Assembly (NCBI RefSeq): GCF_006345805.1 | Contig: NC_043000.1 | Span: 52,514,001-52,578,000 of the forward strand | Length of the DNA stretch: 64,000 nt | Origin: Octopus sinensis | Taxonomy: Eukaryota | Direction: 5' to 3' | In this document: in pieces, positions 50,901-64,000 of the stretch | How the letters are laid out: each line of letters starts with the position of its first letter | Numbering within the stretch: the first letter of the stretch is position 1 | Position numbers and translations under genes: made by a program | Notes under the pieces: generated by a model | What the model saw: only the letters and a program-made list of their open reading frames with translations | What the model was told of the DNA's origin: nothing | Database searches by the model: none

Positions 50901-51589
50901 TTTGTGGTGTAGTTAAACTTGTGAATTGTTCACAATGGCTGTGTTAGTTCGAAAAATAAAGATAGTTTTGCTTCTCGTTTTTCCTTTTCTGTTTTTGCTT
51001 CGTTTGTGACACGTATTTTCATATGCGTGAATGGGTGTCCTGTAAATTTCCCATAGTTGGGGAATCATTGGGATGTATATGTAGTCCTATGCGTAATAAA
51101 ATGTATATTTAATTGTATAGACATTCCAGTGTCTGCGTAATTACTCAATTTATGGACCCTACTGTTTTGTTCCATTTATATTTTATAAGATGTAAACTTT
51201 CCGGTGTTAATTTCGCGTGTGTATTTTGCACATGTTTCACTGAGACATCGTGCATACGAGAAACTACATTGTATGGCAGTAAAATTTCGTTTTTGTGATT
51301 ATTTTCGTTATCTGACCACCCCCGTCAAGTCTTCCACATGTTCTTTTCTCCCATTCCACCGATGTTATTAGATTAGATTTGTTTTTGAATGGATAGGCCG
51401 GCGTAGCACATCCATGTTTTTATTAAGTGTAGAGCTCTTCTCTCTTATTATTAGTTTTATCATTATTATTATTATTGTAGTTGATGTTACTGTTGAAGGA
51501 GGCGGTGATGTTGGTGCTGTTAGTGGTGGTAGTTGTCGTGGTAGTTGCTGTGGTGATAGTGGTGGTGTTGGTGGTGGTGGTGGTGATGG

Positions 51590-51805
51590 TCAGTAGGTAG
51601 AATCGTTAGCACACCGGGTAAAATGCTTTGCAGTATTTCACCAGTTTTTACATTCTGAGTTCAATTTTCAGCGAGGTTGACTTTGCCTTTCAAATTTTCG
51701 GGATCGTAAATTACATACCAGTCGATTGCTGGAGTCGATGCAATCGACTGACCCACTCTCCGTAATTCCTGGTCTTGTGCCAAAATTTGAAATCAATATT
51801 ATTTC
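51590..51805 (+). mobile_element. SINE family B
   Basis: TAGAATCGTTAGCACACCGGGTAAAATGC..TTCTGAGTTCAATTTTCAGCGAGGTTGACTTTGCC..GGTCTTGTGCCAAAATTTGAAATCAATATT. Confidence 0.88.
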
Positions 51806-51836
51806 TGTTACTCTTGTGATCATTATTAGTACCAAA

Positions 51837-51867
<31 letters not shown>

Positions 51868-53271
51868 TGAAATACGTAATATATTATATATAATTCTTTG
51901 CTTTAGAAAAGAAAACACGGACGAATTTGTCATTGTAAAATATACTTGTAATTATACAGGAATTATAATTACTGTACACAGCATAAAGAAATGTCATATC
52001 TCCTTCAAAATATCCACAGGAGAAACGTCCGTAAAATCAATCACATAACTAAGAATATATACCGAAGGCCTATTTTTGCTTTCCATAATGAAGTCTTAGT
52101 ATAGCGTTATTGTAATTGATGAGAAAGTTACAGATGTCGATATTGTATATCGAAGTAAGATGTACTTCAGTTGAACTTAGAAAACATATCCTAAATATTT
52201 TCTTTTATTGCTTTGATTAGTATAAATATCTTGATTAAGAAACAAGACGTTTTGAGAAAATATAGGTTGTTTGTGATTATCCGAACATAAATAATATATA
52301 CTACGAACAAAAATATTGTCAGTAGGAACCTGAATGCAAATAAGCATGAAAACATCGGTACAATAAATATACGAAATAAATACTTGATTATTGTCGTATC
52401 ACATTACTTGTGCTTTGCGTTCTGGAGATTGAAAAAAGGTAATGATTTCATCATATATGTACATATAAATGAAAAGCAGCGGAGTGAAGCTTTCGGATTG
52501 TCATAGAAATCTGAAATAATCCTAATATCTAACCACAAAATCTCACGATTGCTGTACGTCATGATAAGCTGTGCTGAACACTTTTGACATAATCTAATAT
52601 CCACTGTTCATATCTTACGTGTGTAGCAAGGAAAAGGTCACAAAACATAAGGGAATCATTGCATAGATATTCTAGAATATACTAGAATATATTAGTCATT
52701 CAAAAAAACAACTTTGTTTTGGCATTCAATATGTTATTAAAACCAACACTCTGTAAACAGAACTTCACCAATATGAAGGAAAAACTATCAAATGATTTTA
52801 ATATTTTACACACTATTTCATAAACTAGTGGAAAGGAACAAAAGCGCCATAAATATTGAAATATTCACGTCATTAAGTAATGAATATGCATACAATATTC
52901 TCATAAACTAATCTAATCAGTGTAAGTAAAACGTATATATGTTTTCTTCAGAATGGTAAACACACATTAGATGTTGTTATGGCGATAATATGTTAGGCTA
53001 AAATTCTCGGTATTTAAAGCATAAAGAAATATTATTAGGTATATGTACATTAGAGTCCATGCCAAAACACTATGAGAGAACTAAGCATGACCATCTTAGT
53101 GGATACATGCGACGCTAATTTTACCAAACCGATTTCCTTTCGCAGAATAATATTGGTAAGGAAACAAATAGCATGTGCGTATAATACATTATTCACGGTG
53201 ATATTCATTGCTGTGACGAATAATATAACATACACAGAGTTCTGCAAGTAATCTTTATAGCAAATATTATT

Positions 53272-53349
<78 letters not shown>

Positions 53350-53361
53350 TTGCCTACACAC

Positions 53362-53407
<46 letters not shown>

Positions 53408-53585
53408 ATACGTATATATAAATAATATAAATAATATATAAATATAATACATGCATATATGGCTACATGGCACCAAAAATCGTTGAACACAATGAGATAA
53501 GGAAAAAATAAAATCGAAAACATAAAAAACGAACTTTTTTCTCGAACATCGAAAAAAACAGAGAAACGAGACATGCAACATAAGG

Positions 53586-53616
<31 letters not shown>

Positions 53617-53894
53617 AGAAATCAGCTAAAAAGCTCACATGGCCGTTCCGAGCTAGAAACTCTAAGGTCAGTTTCCAAGATTACGTGGCATATACAAATA
53701 TAGCTATATATAAAAACATAGTATCACACACGTGCACTTACACACGTGCACACACACATACACACACTCAACACACACATAAACTGTTGAAATACTTGTT
53801 TCAGTTAATCGATTGCGGCTAAGATGGGGCAGTCTAATAGTGTTTAATCGAACAATTCCAATGCTGTATTTATACATGTATTTATATATGTATT

Positions 53895-53985
<91 letters not shown>

Positions 53986-54639
53986 GTGTGTGTGTGTGTA
54001 TTTGTTTGTGTGTGTGTGGTGTGTGTGTGTGTGCTATAATAGGATGGTTGTGTGTTTTTGTGCCTGTGTATATTTATGTATGTATGTCATTATTCAGTTT
54101 TATTTCAAGATTGCTTGCCAATAGAATTTGAGAGAACCGGTTTTTTACCAAAATACTAGGCGCTCCTTCATTTAATTTCAACAACATCAACAGGTTATTT
54201 ACGCATATATTTGTGTATATGTGCAGTAATTGGATTCGCTGTAGGTACAGATATATATGTTTTGTTTTAGGCATGGTTTCCTATACATAACGCTGCATGT
54301 CTAGACATGCACATATATATCTAAATGGTAAATTAGAGTAAGTTTTACAGATGTTTACAGCTTCAGTGATGACTTGGATCTGTAATCTTCGAATGTGGTA
54401 AGTCCAATTTCTCATGATTGGTGCTTATGTATGTGTGTATATTCTCTAGTAGATAAATTTACATGAAGTATTGTTCTAAGAAAGGAGCTGGTTTATAACA
54501 AAATGTAAAGCCCTATCACTGGAATGAACTAGAGAAAATAAATATAACATGTTGAACTTGAGAAAGGTCTTACATATTTGTATTGCTCCACTTAGAGATT
54601 GGATTTATAATATATATGTTATCTGATTGATTTGTTTCT

Positions 54640-55950
54640 TCTTTTCTTCTTTTTATTTGAAAACCTGGAGCATTGGCAGACGTTATTTACACATCTACTA
54701 ACAAAACTAATTGCACCAATTACTATCGGTATAAATGTGAACTTAAATCTGGCCATAGAAACTGAAGGTTTTGAAACAGTTGTTTATAGTTGGGCAGCTG
54801 ATAACTATGTCAGTACATACTCTTTCATTTCCTAACAAAACAGCTTTATTCTGCCTGTTATGTTTGCACTTGGAAGAAGTTTTGATAGGAATGTTTCACC
54901 AATATTCCCCGCGTTGATGTTTATATAAGTTTCAATAAATAAAATTATTCTCCATATTTATCCCATGTTAGTCTTTTCCATACAGGAATTGTGTATTTTT
55001 CACGTTCAACAATCAAATGAGAACAATTTTTTTTAGCCAAATTACATTCCTATGCCAGCTGAAAACTTCTTAACTCCGGCTGCTTTTTTCCCCTTTGGCA
55101 TTGTAAATAAGTTTAGCGGAGGACATCATATCATCCAGAAAGAAAATACGGATTACATTAGTGTCTCTAGCAGTTGCAGACCTGAGTATATAGCTATTTA
55201 TATTTTTGGAAAAGAAATGGTAACGAATTTAGAATTCAATACCAAAATAAACATTACAGAATGTCTATATCGTTGGAAAATTCATTTTGAAATATTTATA
55301 ATATCGGAAACAATTGTTCCAGTATTAGGCGTGTGTCTTCAGCAACAAAGACTAGGTATTGTCTTACTTTGGGCAGCACAGTTTTGTTTATCATGAGTTG
55401 TTCGGCACATCCCCACACTCCTTTCTTCCCATCGGCCTGCTTATCAGTTGTTATGTTGTTGGACTTATAATGCACCTTAAATAACTGGTTGAGACAGTTA
55501 TTGTAAAGAATATAAATAATGTTTCGCCAACCATGGACCTATAATTTTCTACATGCTCGTTGGTTTCACCCTTTTTAACAAGATTCATCATTGCTATAGC
55601 AAGCTAATTTTTGTATATCAATCTGGCATTTCACAATAATTTGCAATATGCATACTAATCATTTCCCGCAGCAGATCAACATCCATCAATAAGGTTTCTT
55701 CCGGATGACTTCCTATTATGTAGTTTACTTGGAGCTATGGTTAAAATTTCAGAACCGATTGCGTAATTACTGTCGATGTTGATACCGTTTTCTTTCCTAA
55801 CTGGATTTACCCACGATGCATTCTATTTGAAATCTCTCTTTTCGTTCGTTCCACATCTTAGCCCAACATGATTCAAAATTTTACTGAGAAGAGGTCTTTT
55901 TGTTGAACGGTAGTATTTTTCTCCTTCATCTCCCGATATAATGCTTATCG
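54640..55950 (-). mobile_element. R4/Dong-clade LINE remnant (RT start and restriction-like endonuclease C-terminus)
   Basis: KGETNEHVENYR; KQADGKKGVWGCAEQLMINKTVL (EQxGC..G..GC..QL.I motif); KHNRQ..DIVISCP; FIPIVIGAI (IPIVIGALG motif). Confidence 0.7.
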
Positions 55951-56561
55951 AATAGAAATAAAATGTGATTTATATTGGTAGCGCCACAAAAGAATGTCAG
56001 ATACTGCAAGAACACCTCCTTAACAAATCCTCAAAAAGCCGAAATATCACCTGCACTTCCGGCAGTAGCTGTCAAAATGAACACCGCCCCGCTATATATT
56101 CTGATTTTAAACAAGGCACGTCCATAAGAGATTTTATCTTGGACAACTTGTGCAATAATTTGTCTGTCGATGGTGCATATGCTTTGCTTATGATACGTGC
56201 AACTCCAAGTCACCCACAAAGAAAGTATGGTTATTTTGGTTTAACACTACTTTAATTACGCACATTGGATTAATTATTCAGTCGGGCACCTATTCTCAAT
56301 ATCAGTGCATGTATAATTCTCTCACCCCTCACTGGTGTTGACACAGCTCCTCGAGGCATATGGTGCGCAATGAGTGCATTCATTGACGGGAACCAAAATG
56401 AATGAATTGCATCTAATGTGCTCGCTAATGGTAGCTCGTATGCATTTTCGTTTCCTATTGATTTGTAAATACAGCACGTCCATAACTTGTTTCTCAGCGG
56501 TGTGTAAGCAATAAATAAGTTACATAGATTGTTATTTTATTTAAATATTGGTTCAATTACT

Positions 56562-56975
56562 TTAGTTAGTTAGTTAGTTAATTTGGCTCAAAAGCAAATA
56601 GCAAGGCCATGTAGGGGGACATGGAGTTAAGTACAGGGTGGTGTTCATGTAAAGAGTTCAGGCCACTTGAGGTCCAGGGAGGCTTTGAACAAAGCGGTCG
56701 TCGGCATCTTCACCATCTCGTCTGGCAGCTTTTCCACGGATCCGCAACCCGGACGAGAAAGTTCCTCTCCTTCGATTGAGATGAAATCGTCGCAGGTAGA
56801 GCTTTTCGGAATGACCCCGCAGCCGACGCTCTGGAGCAGGAGTGAAGAACAGCTCTTTCGAGAGGTTACACTTTCCGCTTATGATGTTGTGGGCGAGAAT
56901 GAGATCACCACGGCGGCGGCGTTTTTCAAGAGAATAAAGGTCGAGCGTCCTCAGCCTTTCTTCGTAGGACACTTA
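56562..56975 (-). mobile_element. CR1/L2-clade LINE, 5'-truncated 3' end
   Basis: SYEERLRTLDLYSLEKRRRRGDLILAHNIISG..FF..RRLRGHSEKL..RRGTFS, then a short 3' UTR and a (CTAA)n tail. Confidence 0.9.
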
Positions 56976-57014
56976 TATCGTATTATACCTACACTCACCC
57001 CATATATATATATA

Positions 57015-57047
<33 letters not shown>

Positions 57048-57811
57048 TGTATGTATGTATGTATGTATACATGTATGTAAATGTGTGCGTATGAGTGCAC
57101 GCATGTGTGTGTACGTGTATTGGCGTGTATGTATATATGTACATGCAAATATGTGTTTATTTTTCTGAACTACTAAATATGAACAACGGATAGTGAGAGA
57201 GAGAAAGAGAGAGCGAGAGAGAGAGAAAACATATGGTGGAGAGGATATAAGCTTTCGTAAGATACTTATGGGAATTCATAATTCAGTATCATGCCTCCCA
57301 TTCGCAACTTCAGTATATGCTTCAGCGTCGAAAAAATTATAGTGGTAGGGGATATGTATTTATTAAAAGTTTCATACATAGACACAAGCATACACTCACA
57401 TATATGCATATGTATGTATAGTTACATACGTGTATGTGTGCGTTCATTTGTGTGCGTGGTTATACCGATATTCGTAGTCGTACGCAATACAATCATAAAG
57501 GAAGGAATTCTTTATGGAAAAACGGCGGTGAAGGTTTCCTCGACGGGGAAAGGATACACACACACACACACACTCTCACACACACATACACTCACATACA
57601 CACATGCACACACATACATATATCATTGAAAGTATTAAGATTAAACAACCATTCTGGATACGGTAGAAAGTGGAATCAAGGGATCTCGTTAAAAACACTG
57701 TCATTAATATATTACTTCGATACAGTGCTCAAACATGGTATTACTTTTATGAGGTCGGATTGGTTTTTCTGAGAGATAGATATTCTGGCTATAGGCATAA
57801 GAAGAATAGTG

Positions 57812-58185
57812 CTGTCAAATTATTCAAATTGCTACAACCTTTTCTCTCAGATGGTTGGAATTATACCATTATTAATTTATCCGAAAAAGAGCCTAATTTT
57901 CCTATGGTGAATCAATAAATATTTTCATAGCTTTCTGTGCTGATCTAGAATCGAGACGACGTTAAGTTTTCCCTTCTGGTTTTCAGCTATTACAACAATA
58001 CGTAGCAACCAAATACTGGATTTTATACAATTGACTATAATATATATACTCTGATTCCGATTCATAATGGTCTCTCGTTTGCCTTTCACCATATGTAAAG
58101 TAGTTTCTTTTTCGGATAAATTAGTAATGGTGTAATTCCAACCATCTGAGAGACTAGGTTGTAGTAATTTCAATAATTTGGCTAT
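57812..58185. repeat. Diverged ~100-bp inverted repeat (57812-57911 / 58086-58185)
   Basis: Shared core CTCTCAGATGGTTGGAATTA(T/C)ACCATTA(T/C)TAATTTATCCGAAAAAGA in opposite orientations. Confidence 0.8.
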
Positions 58186-60164
58186 AATATATACTCTCAT
58201 TCCGATTTGTAATTGTGTCTCGATTGACCTTCATGTTTCAGGGATTGTAAGAGTATATAGAAACCAAATACTGGAGTTTATACAATTCACGGTGGCCCAA
58301 CCAAAAATTCGTCGCTAACTTTATTATTGTTACATGATTTAAACAAAGTAACAGGTGGAAAAATTATTATAAATGACTTATACACCATAAGGCACTTCCG
58401 GTATGCTTGCTTTTATCAACTTATGTTTGTGTACATATACAACCAGAAACACGTAAGCAATTTCCTGGAAATAGAACAGTTTAACGAAACTAAATATAGC
58501 CACTATTAAACACAATTTCAGTAAGTATAAGAGAGCAAATGGTCAACCTTATAACACCTAGAGGGGTAGTGTGAGCTACAAGAATACAAGTACGGATTTT
58601 TACACTTAACATACCATCGCAAAATAGTGAAATCTCTGTATGTGAGTTGGTGGTGAGGTCAACATGTGGTAAAATCGAGCCCATTTCTTGACTGGTATCT
58701 ATTATTGGGAATAACGAGGTGGTGAAAAGCAAGTTTGATCTTAGTGAATTCAGAACATAAACGGTTGTGTGACATTACTGTATGATAAATGATCAGATGC
58801 TCTTAAAATATGTGGTCGCTAAGCAACTGAATTGAGTTTGCGTCGTCAACGGATAAGTTGGAAATGACACATAAATCTCTCTCAAATCGCAACCTACTGT
58901 CTACTGTCTAGTTTGTGAGTATATATGCGCGGACGAGTGAAAACACATACGCACGGATGCATGCATACACACACACGCACACAAACACACACACACACTC
59001 ACACATATATGTATAAAGAAACACACACGTACACACGTATATTTATACGTATGCGTGTGTGTTCTTTGCTCTTGATATATATAGTACCTGCTTAATGAAA
59101 GAAATCTCGGATTAAAGAATAACAATAACAACACAAATTATCTCGTAAGAAGTACAAAATAAATACTTGATTTTCAAAGTAAATTTTATGTGAGAGATGG
59201 TGCACGTATCACTTGAAATAGAAATTATATGCAGAAAAATTAATCTTTTGTACGGATTCAAAAACATAATTATCCATTCTTATACGTATGAAATTTAACG
59301 ATACACATTGAATTATTAACAATGATTATGAAAATTCGCTTTATTAAGTTGAATACTTTCTCTACCCTATGGTGAACACGTGTTTGAAAGGAATTATTGC
59401 ATTAAGTAATACATTCATAAATTATAATTATATTCCTTGTGTCTAATTGGTGAGTCATAAAATAATTTAATAATTATGAGATGCTATTTAAATATATTCA
59501 AATTCATATTAAAATTACTGCAACATATAATCACTTTTACAATTTTATTTTCTCTCTTCTTTTGAACACTCAAGCTTATATAGATACATATATTCACAAG
59601 AGACAAACGTGTATATACACACTTGCAAATATAACGGAGTGGTGGCGGCAGTCGATCTTTTGATCGAACCAAGGGAAAATTTTCCTCATCGGATTATAAT
59701 ATTACTTGACACACTTCTTACCGTCTTCTGGTGTCGTGACGTTTCCCAATCCAGAATGCGCGGAGCGTAGACAGATGTCTGTAACTATTCCGTCAATCCA
59801 TCAACCCACACAGTTATCGTTTTTATCGTTCCTCAAAGAATGAATGATACACTTGACATCTGTGGGATTTGAGCTCAATACAAAGTACGTTGGAACACAT
59901 AATGCGAGCAAACGGTCTACTTCTCTAACTACAATGATAATTGGTAGCATTACATTCAGACGTGCAAATAAAACACACATATCCCACATACTTTGGTCTC
60001 TTCTCTTACATTATTCTACACCATCTAGATTAATTATGATTTCTGGTAACCAAGAGACCGAATATTTTGGTCTTGCTTTTCTTTTGTTTTTCCTCGTTCC
60101 ATTTTTGGCATCAACCTGCCTGCGCCTATATATATAGGATCAACTACTTTTATCAACAGCCCAC

Positions 60165-60323
60165 TGCGCATATGTAGATAGGTGTGGCAATTTTGTAAGA
60201 AAATTGATTCTTGTTAGCATGATTCTGGGTTCAAGCCTACAGCGTGGTACCTTCAGCAAGTGTCTTCTGCTACATCTACCGACGGAAAAAGACTTGTGAC
60301 TTGATTAGGTAGACAGAAATTGA

Positions 60324-60365
<42 letters not shown>

Positions 60366-60545
60366 GTGTGTGTGTGTTTGTGTGTGAATGTGTGTGGGTG
60401 GGTGTGCGAGTGTGTGCGCGTGCGCACACGTCTATGTGCATGCATGAGTGTGTATACGTGTGCGTGTGTATGTGATTTTCCCTTACTATTTGACAATCGG
60501 TGTTGCTTTTTTACGTCACTTAGCTGTTCGGCAATGAGAAATTGA
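60165..60545 (+). mobile_element. SINE family A
   Basis: Head GGTGTGGC..TTCTGGGTTCAAGCCTACAGCGTGGTACCTTCAGCAAGTGTCTTCT, internal microsatellite, 3' TTTGACAATCGGTGTTG..ACTTAGCTGTTCGGCAATGAGA. Confidence 0.8.
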
Positions 60546-61539
60546 AAAGGTAAGTTATATATGAATGAATGTACGTACATATGTATGCATATATACGTAT
60601 TGGTATGTAGCCCTTCAGAGGATATATTTCATACACTCGAAAAGCTGCCTTTCATCGACAAAGTCACCTACATTGACATACATGCTAAAAAATGGCTTTT
60701 GGGTCTCATACATTTTAGAGAATGCTACAACCGGTAATAATTTTGCTCTTGTTTTAATAAAGCGTTCCTAGGCTTAGCAAAAGGTTTCTGCGAGTGTAGG
60801 CATAGTCACTAAGTACACTACAACAGACGTAGTGGAGTTGAAATCGCGGTATTTATACTATTATCATTTATATTACCCGGTATTTCTCGAATAGTCTTGA
60901 AAGGTTTTAAAAGTCAAAGGTAATTTTAGAAGGTTCTTCAATTTTTCTAAATTTTGAAAAAATAAGTTCACTGTCGGTAAATAATCGCCTTTTCCTTTAC
61001 GGTTTAGGAATATATGTCTTAAGAAATTACCGTTTACTAATCGGGTAAAATGCCGTTCGCATTCCATAGAGTAAATTCAAGTTTGGTATTTAATACATAT
61101 GCTATACAATACGAGAAAAACATACCTCTATTATTTCACAACTTTAATGACGATATAAGACTTGATATATATTTTTTAGAATGTGTTTGCATGGAGTAAA
61201 CTAACGTGAAGGAAATTAATATGTTTTTGTTCATGATCATCTTCATAGTTATGGAAACCAACATGTCATTAAACTACAACATAAAACCAACCTCAGGACA
61301 AGAAGTAATCAAGGATAGTGTGGGATTGAACACATGTCTGTTTTAAACAAGGCGGACGCTGACATAACGTAAACAAAAACAATCACAGTAGTTGTCATAT
61401 GTTATACTGCTCATTTATTATACCAGGTTCAGTCAAACGGTTTTTCGTATTTAAAGCTTTAGTTTATAGTTCAAACAAACTGCATACTGAAAGCGTTTAT
61501 TCATCAAAATATATCGCGACATATTTTATTCTCCGATGC

Positions 61540-62340
61540 CATCACTGTGCCGGAAGTTCAAGTCAACGCTTATACCTTATGACTGGATTAGAGGCAATAA
61601 AATCCTTCATATCCTTTTAACCTAGTCCACATTATTAAACCTCCGTCTGTGCAGGAAATGAAGCATGGATCCGAAAAAGTAGTATTCTGATAGTGCAAGT
61701 TTCGGAATGTAAGCAAGTTGTGGCAGAACATCTAACTCCTCACGTTTCTCAAGTTTGTCCTTGGTCACGTTGATAGTGTTTGCTGGGGCAGAATCATGCT
61801 GTAGGAGTGTGCGTCTTCAATTGACCAACACCGGGTAAGAGGCTTAGAAAGCAAAGCATCATAAACTCGGTGCAGTTGTTGAGCATAAAGGTTAGCATTT
61901 ACAGCACGACCATCTTACAATTCACAGTTTGACACCAAAAAACGGTCATCTCGAGGATTTGCTAGCAGTTGGAAGCAGCTGTTGAGCCTGGACATTGGTC
62001 ATTTCATGAGCAACTCTTCACAAGGCTGAGCCTATGGCGGTGTCGATTGATGGTGCTTCGTGAAGGAGTAAGTTTTGTGATTGGCTGTTGTTCAGCCATT
62101 CCAACCCTCATCTTCTACAACAGGTCTCCTCTAACTTCATTTACTTTTGAACCTGGTGTGACTTTCCTTGAAGCATTTGAACCAGTTTTGTGTCATATAT
62201 TCGTTGACAGTTCCTAGGGTTGCCATATTGTTAATTTCTTTTATAGCCTCTCTTGCACGCACCAACCCTTTTTCACACGTAACGTAAAATGGCTGCAAGG
62301 GCAATTTTTTACCACTGATCATCAAAACTATAAAATAAAG
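61540..62340 (-). pseudogene. Decayed mariner transposase
   Basis: GTVNEYMTQNWFKCFKE (HTH); DGRAVNANLYAQQLHRVYDAL; HDSAPAN (second Asp); AYIPKLALSEYYFF (decayed YSPDLAPSDY). TIRs not recognised. Confidence 0.8.
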
Positions 62341-64000
62341 AACACACAGACACTCATTATAACCAGTTTTATTCAATCTGTGTAATCTAGGCATTGTTAT
62401 TGTATCAAGGTATCAGTCACTGCGGTTCGCCTAGTTATTACAGTGATATATTATGTGTATCATGTGTTTCATCCTATAATATTTCATGGAGCAAATGACT
62501 TATTATTGTACTCTGGCTGTATTTCAGTTTTATTTAGATTGCTACTCTTACTTTCTACATTAAGTAATGCCATTCTGTAGTGCACCTTCGTGGTCTATAT
62601 TCCAAATGCCCTGACAAGGATCTACGTCCCTTTTGCTGTAAGTCTAACACATTAGCAGTGCATTAATACATCGAAAGAAGTCCTAACTATGGTGCGCACA
62701 AGGAACTTTAAATGTAGATACTACAAATAAGCTAATCTATGCTGCATACTAAACACACAGTAAAGAGGTTTTAGTATTGCTATTCTGTCGAGCATGCAGT
62801 TAAGTCAAATTTTAAGAATTAATCTCATTTCTCAGTGTTATTTGATGTCTCTCATATAAACCTTATACACAGCAAGTTATTTCCTCCAATTTCAGCAGAC
62901 GCAAGCATATATATACTTACGCTGATGAGGCATGATAAGCTATAAAACATTCTCAATTATCAAAGTTGCTGGTTCTGCGAAAGAATATATTTCCTAATAA
63001 ATGCTTTTAACCCTTGTGTGTTTGTTCCTGCTGTTGAAATACAAAGGAAATAATAAAAGCTAGCCTTGAAACATAAAAATGAACCCTTTTATAAAGTAAT
63101 TATCCTACAAACGTCTCCTAGTAGTAAACGATACTCGTATTATCATTTATAGTCTACTACATTGCCTCCATTGTTAATGCGGCCCCAAGCAAAAGACAAT
63201 GACTTTTACTGTGGGTTTATAACATGCTGCCTTACTTAATATATAGAAACAGACGTGCATAGCTAATATTTTGATGTACGTATTAGTAATAATGTACGTT
63301 TATGCTACAAACTTGGTATATTATTTAGGAGAATCGTAATAATCTCTGAATAAATATTTTATGACACACTTTGTCGAGGAACGCAAATTGACTCGTAAAT
63401 AATATAACATAAATGTGATATAAACACAGCAACAGCAGCCAGTATACGAAATCTAATTAAAAGTAGAGAATATGGTATACGTTATATAACTACTCAATGT
63501 AAAATCGATAAATCTATTATTATATCATTATCACATAAATATTCACATGTCCAAACTCTAAAGGCGAATTATAACTAATGATACGAGTCAAACTTAACGA
63601 GTTTTCAAACCTCATTAATAAAATCAATAATGATAAATCTGACAAAAAATGTAGCTGTATGAAAAACCTTTCAGATATTGGATATTAATTTATATGCCGA
63701 TGTGTGGAATTGCACATATCACAACATAGTACAAACGAAATACCTATGAATACATTCTAATGATAAGAAAACATTTATAAAACTAGAATACAAATGACAT
63801 GTCAACTTCAAGAAAATTCCTAAAAATATACATAATCACCTCCGAATATAAAAATTTTCGCAAATGCATAAAGAAATTGCAACCTAAACAATTATTCAAT
63901 TGTATAGCGTAATTTCTAGATTAAAACATTATGAATACAACATAATTTTATTCAATCCATGAGCAATAGCTAAACTATTGTCAACATATTATTAACGGAT

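Noticed and set aside
51240-51265. CTGAGACA-TCGT/ACGA-GAAAC hairpin as an HHR, or an HDV-like ribozyme upstream of the R4 remnant
   Set aside because: The core does not fit NUGANNA with a 3-8 pair, stems I and III are absent, and no HDV double pseudoknot could be built by eye.
57812-58185. Similar peptides (KLLQP.LSDGWNYTI.NLSEKE) in two opposite ORFs suggesting a gene pair
   Set aside because: By-eye codon comparison gives about 9 nonsynonymous and 3 synonymous differences. That is consistent with neutral divergence of an inverted DNA repeat.
59891-59918. DRLLALCVP resembling the GPCR DRY motif
   Set aside because: There are no flanking TM helices and a stop follows shortly. Likely chance.
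62922-62950. CTGATGAGGC..GC as a hammerhead
   Set aside because: No GAA(A) follows stem II and there is no stem I partner.

Overview
AT-rich, microsatellite-dense eukaryotic intergenic or intronic DNA. It is most likely an Octopus species; this is inferred from two recurring cephalopod-type SINE families and heavy (TA)n/(TATG)n/(CA)n tracts. I found no intact host protein-coding gene, tRNA/rRNA gene or CRISPR array. Most entries in the ORF track are microsatellite or antisense artefacts. The window is a transposon graveyard containing: two mariner remnants; a 3,059-bp non-autonomous Gypsy-derived LTR element (559-bp LTRs, CTCC TSD, tRNA-Trp PBS) nested in a SINE, with an inverted 297-bp copy of its integrase remnant outside it; L1/Tx1, RTE, R4/Dong and CR1 LINE remnants; about 15 SINE copies; and several Penelope-like element (PLE) pieces. 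The main signal is a set of PLE-associated type I hammerhead ribozyme (HHR) motifs with palindromic stem III. Two fully intact copies lie near the outer ends of an ~870-bp inverted repeat around a GIY-YIG remnant (38.2-41.1 kb). A near-intact copy lies at 7.5 kb. A pair with a compensatory G3:C8 catalytic-core swap lies inside a 278-bp palindrome (25.8-26.1 kb). Several decayed copies are also present. All alignments and folds were done by eye; none was computed.
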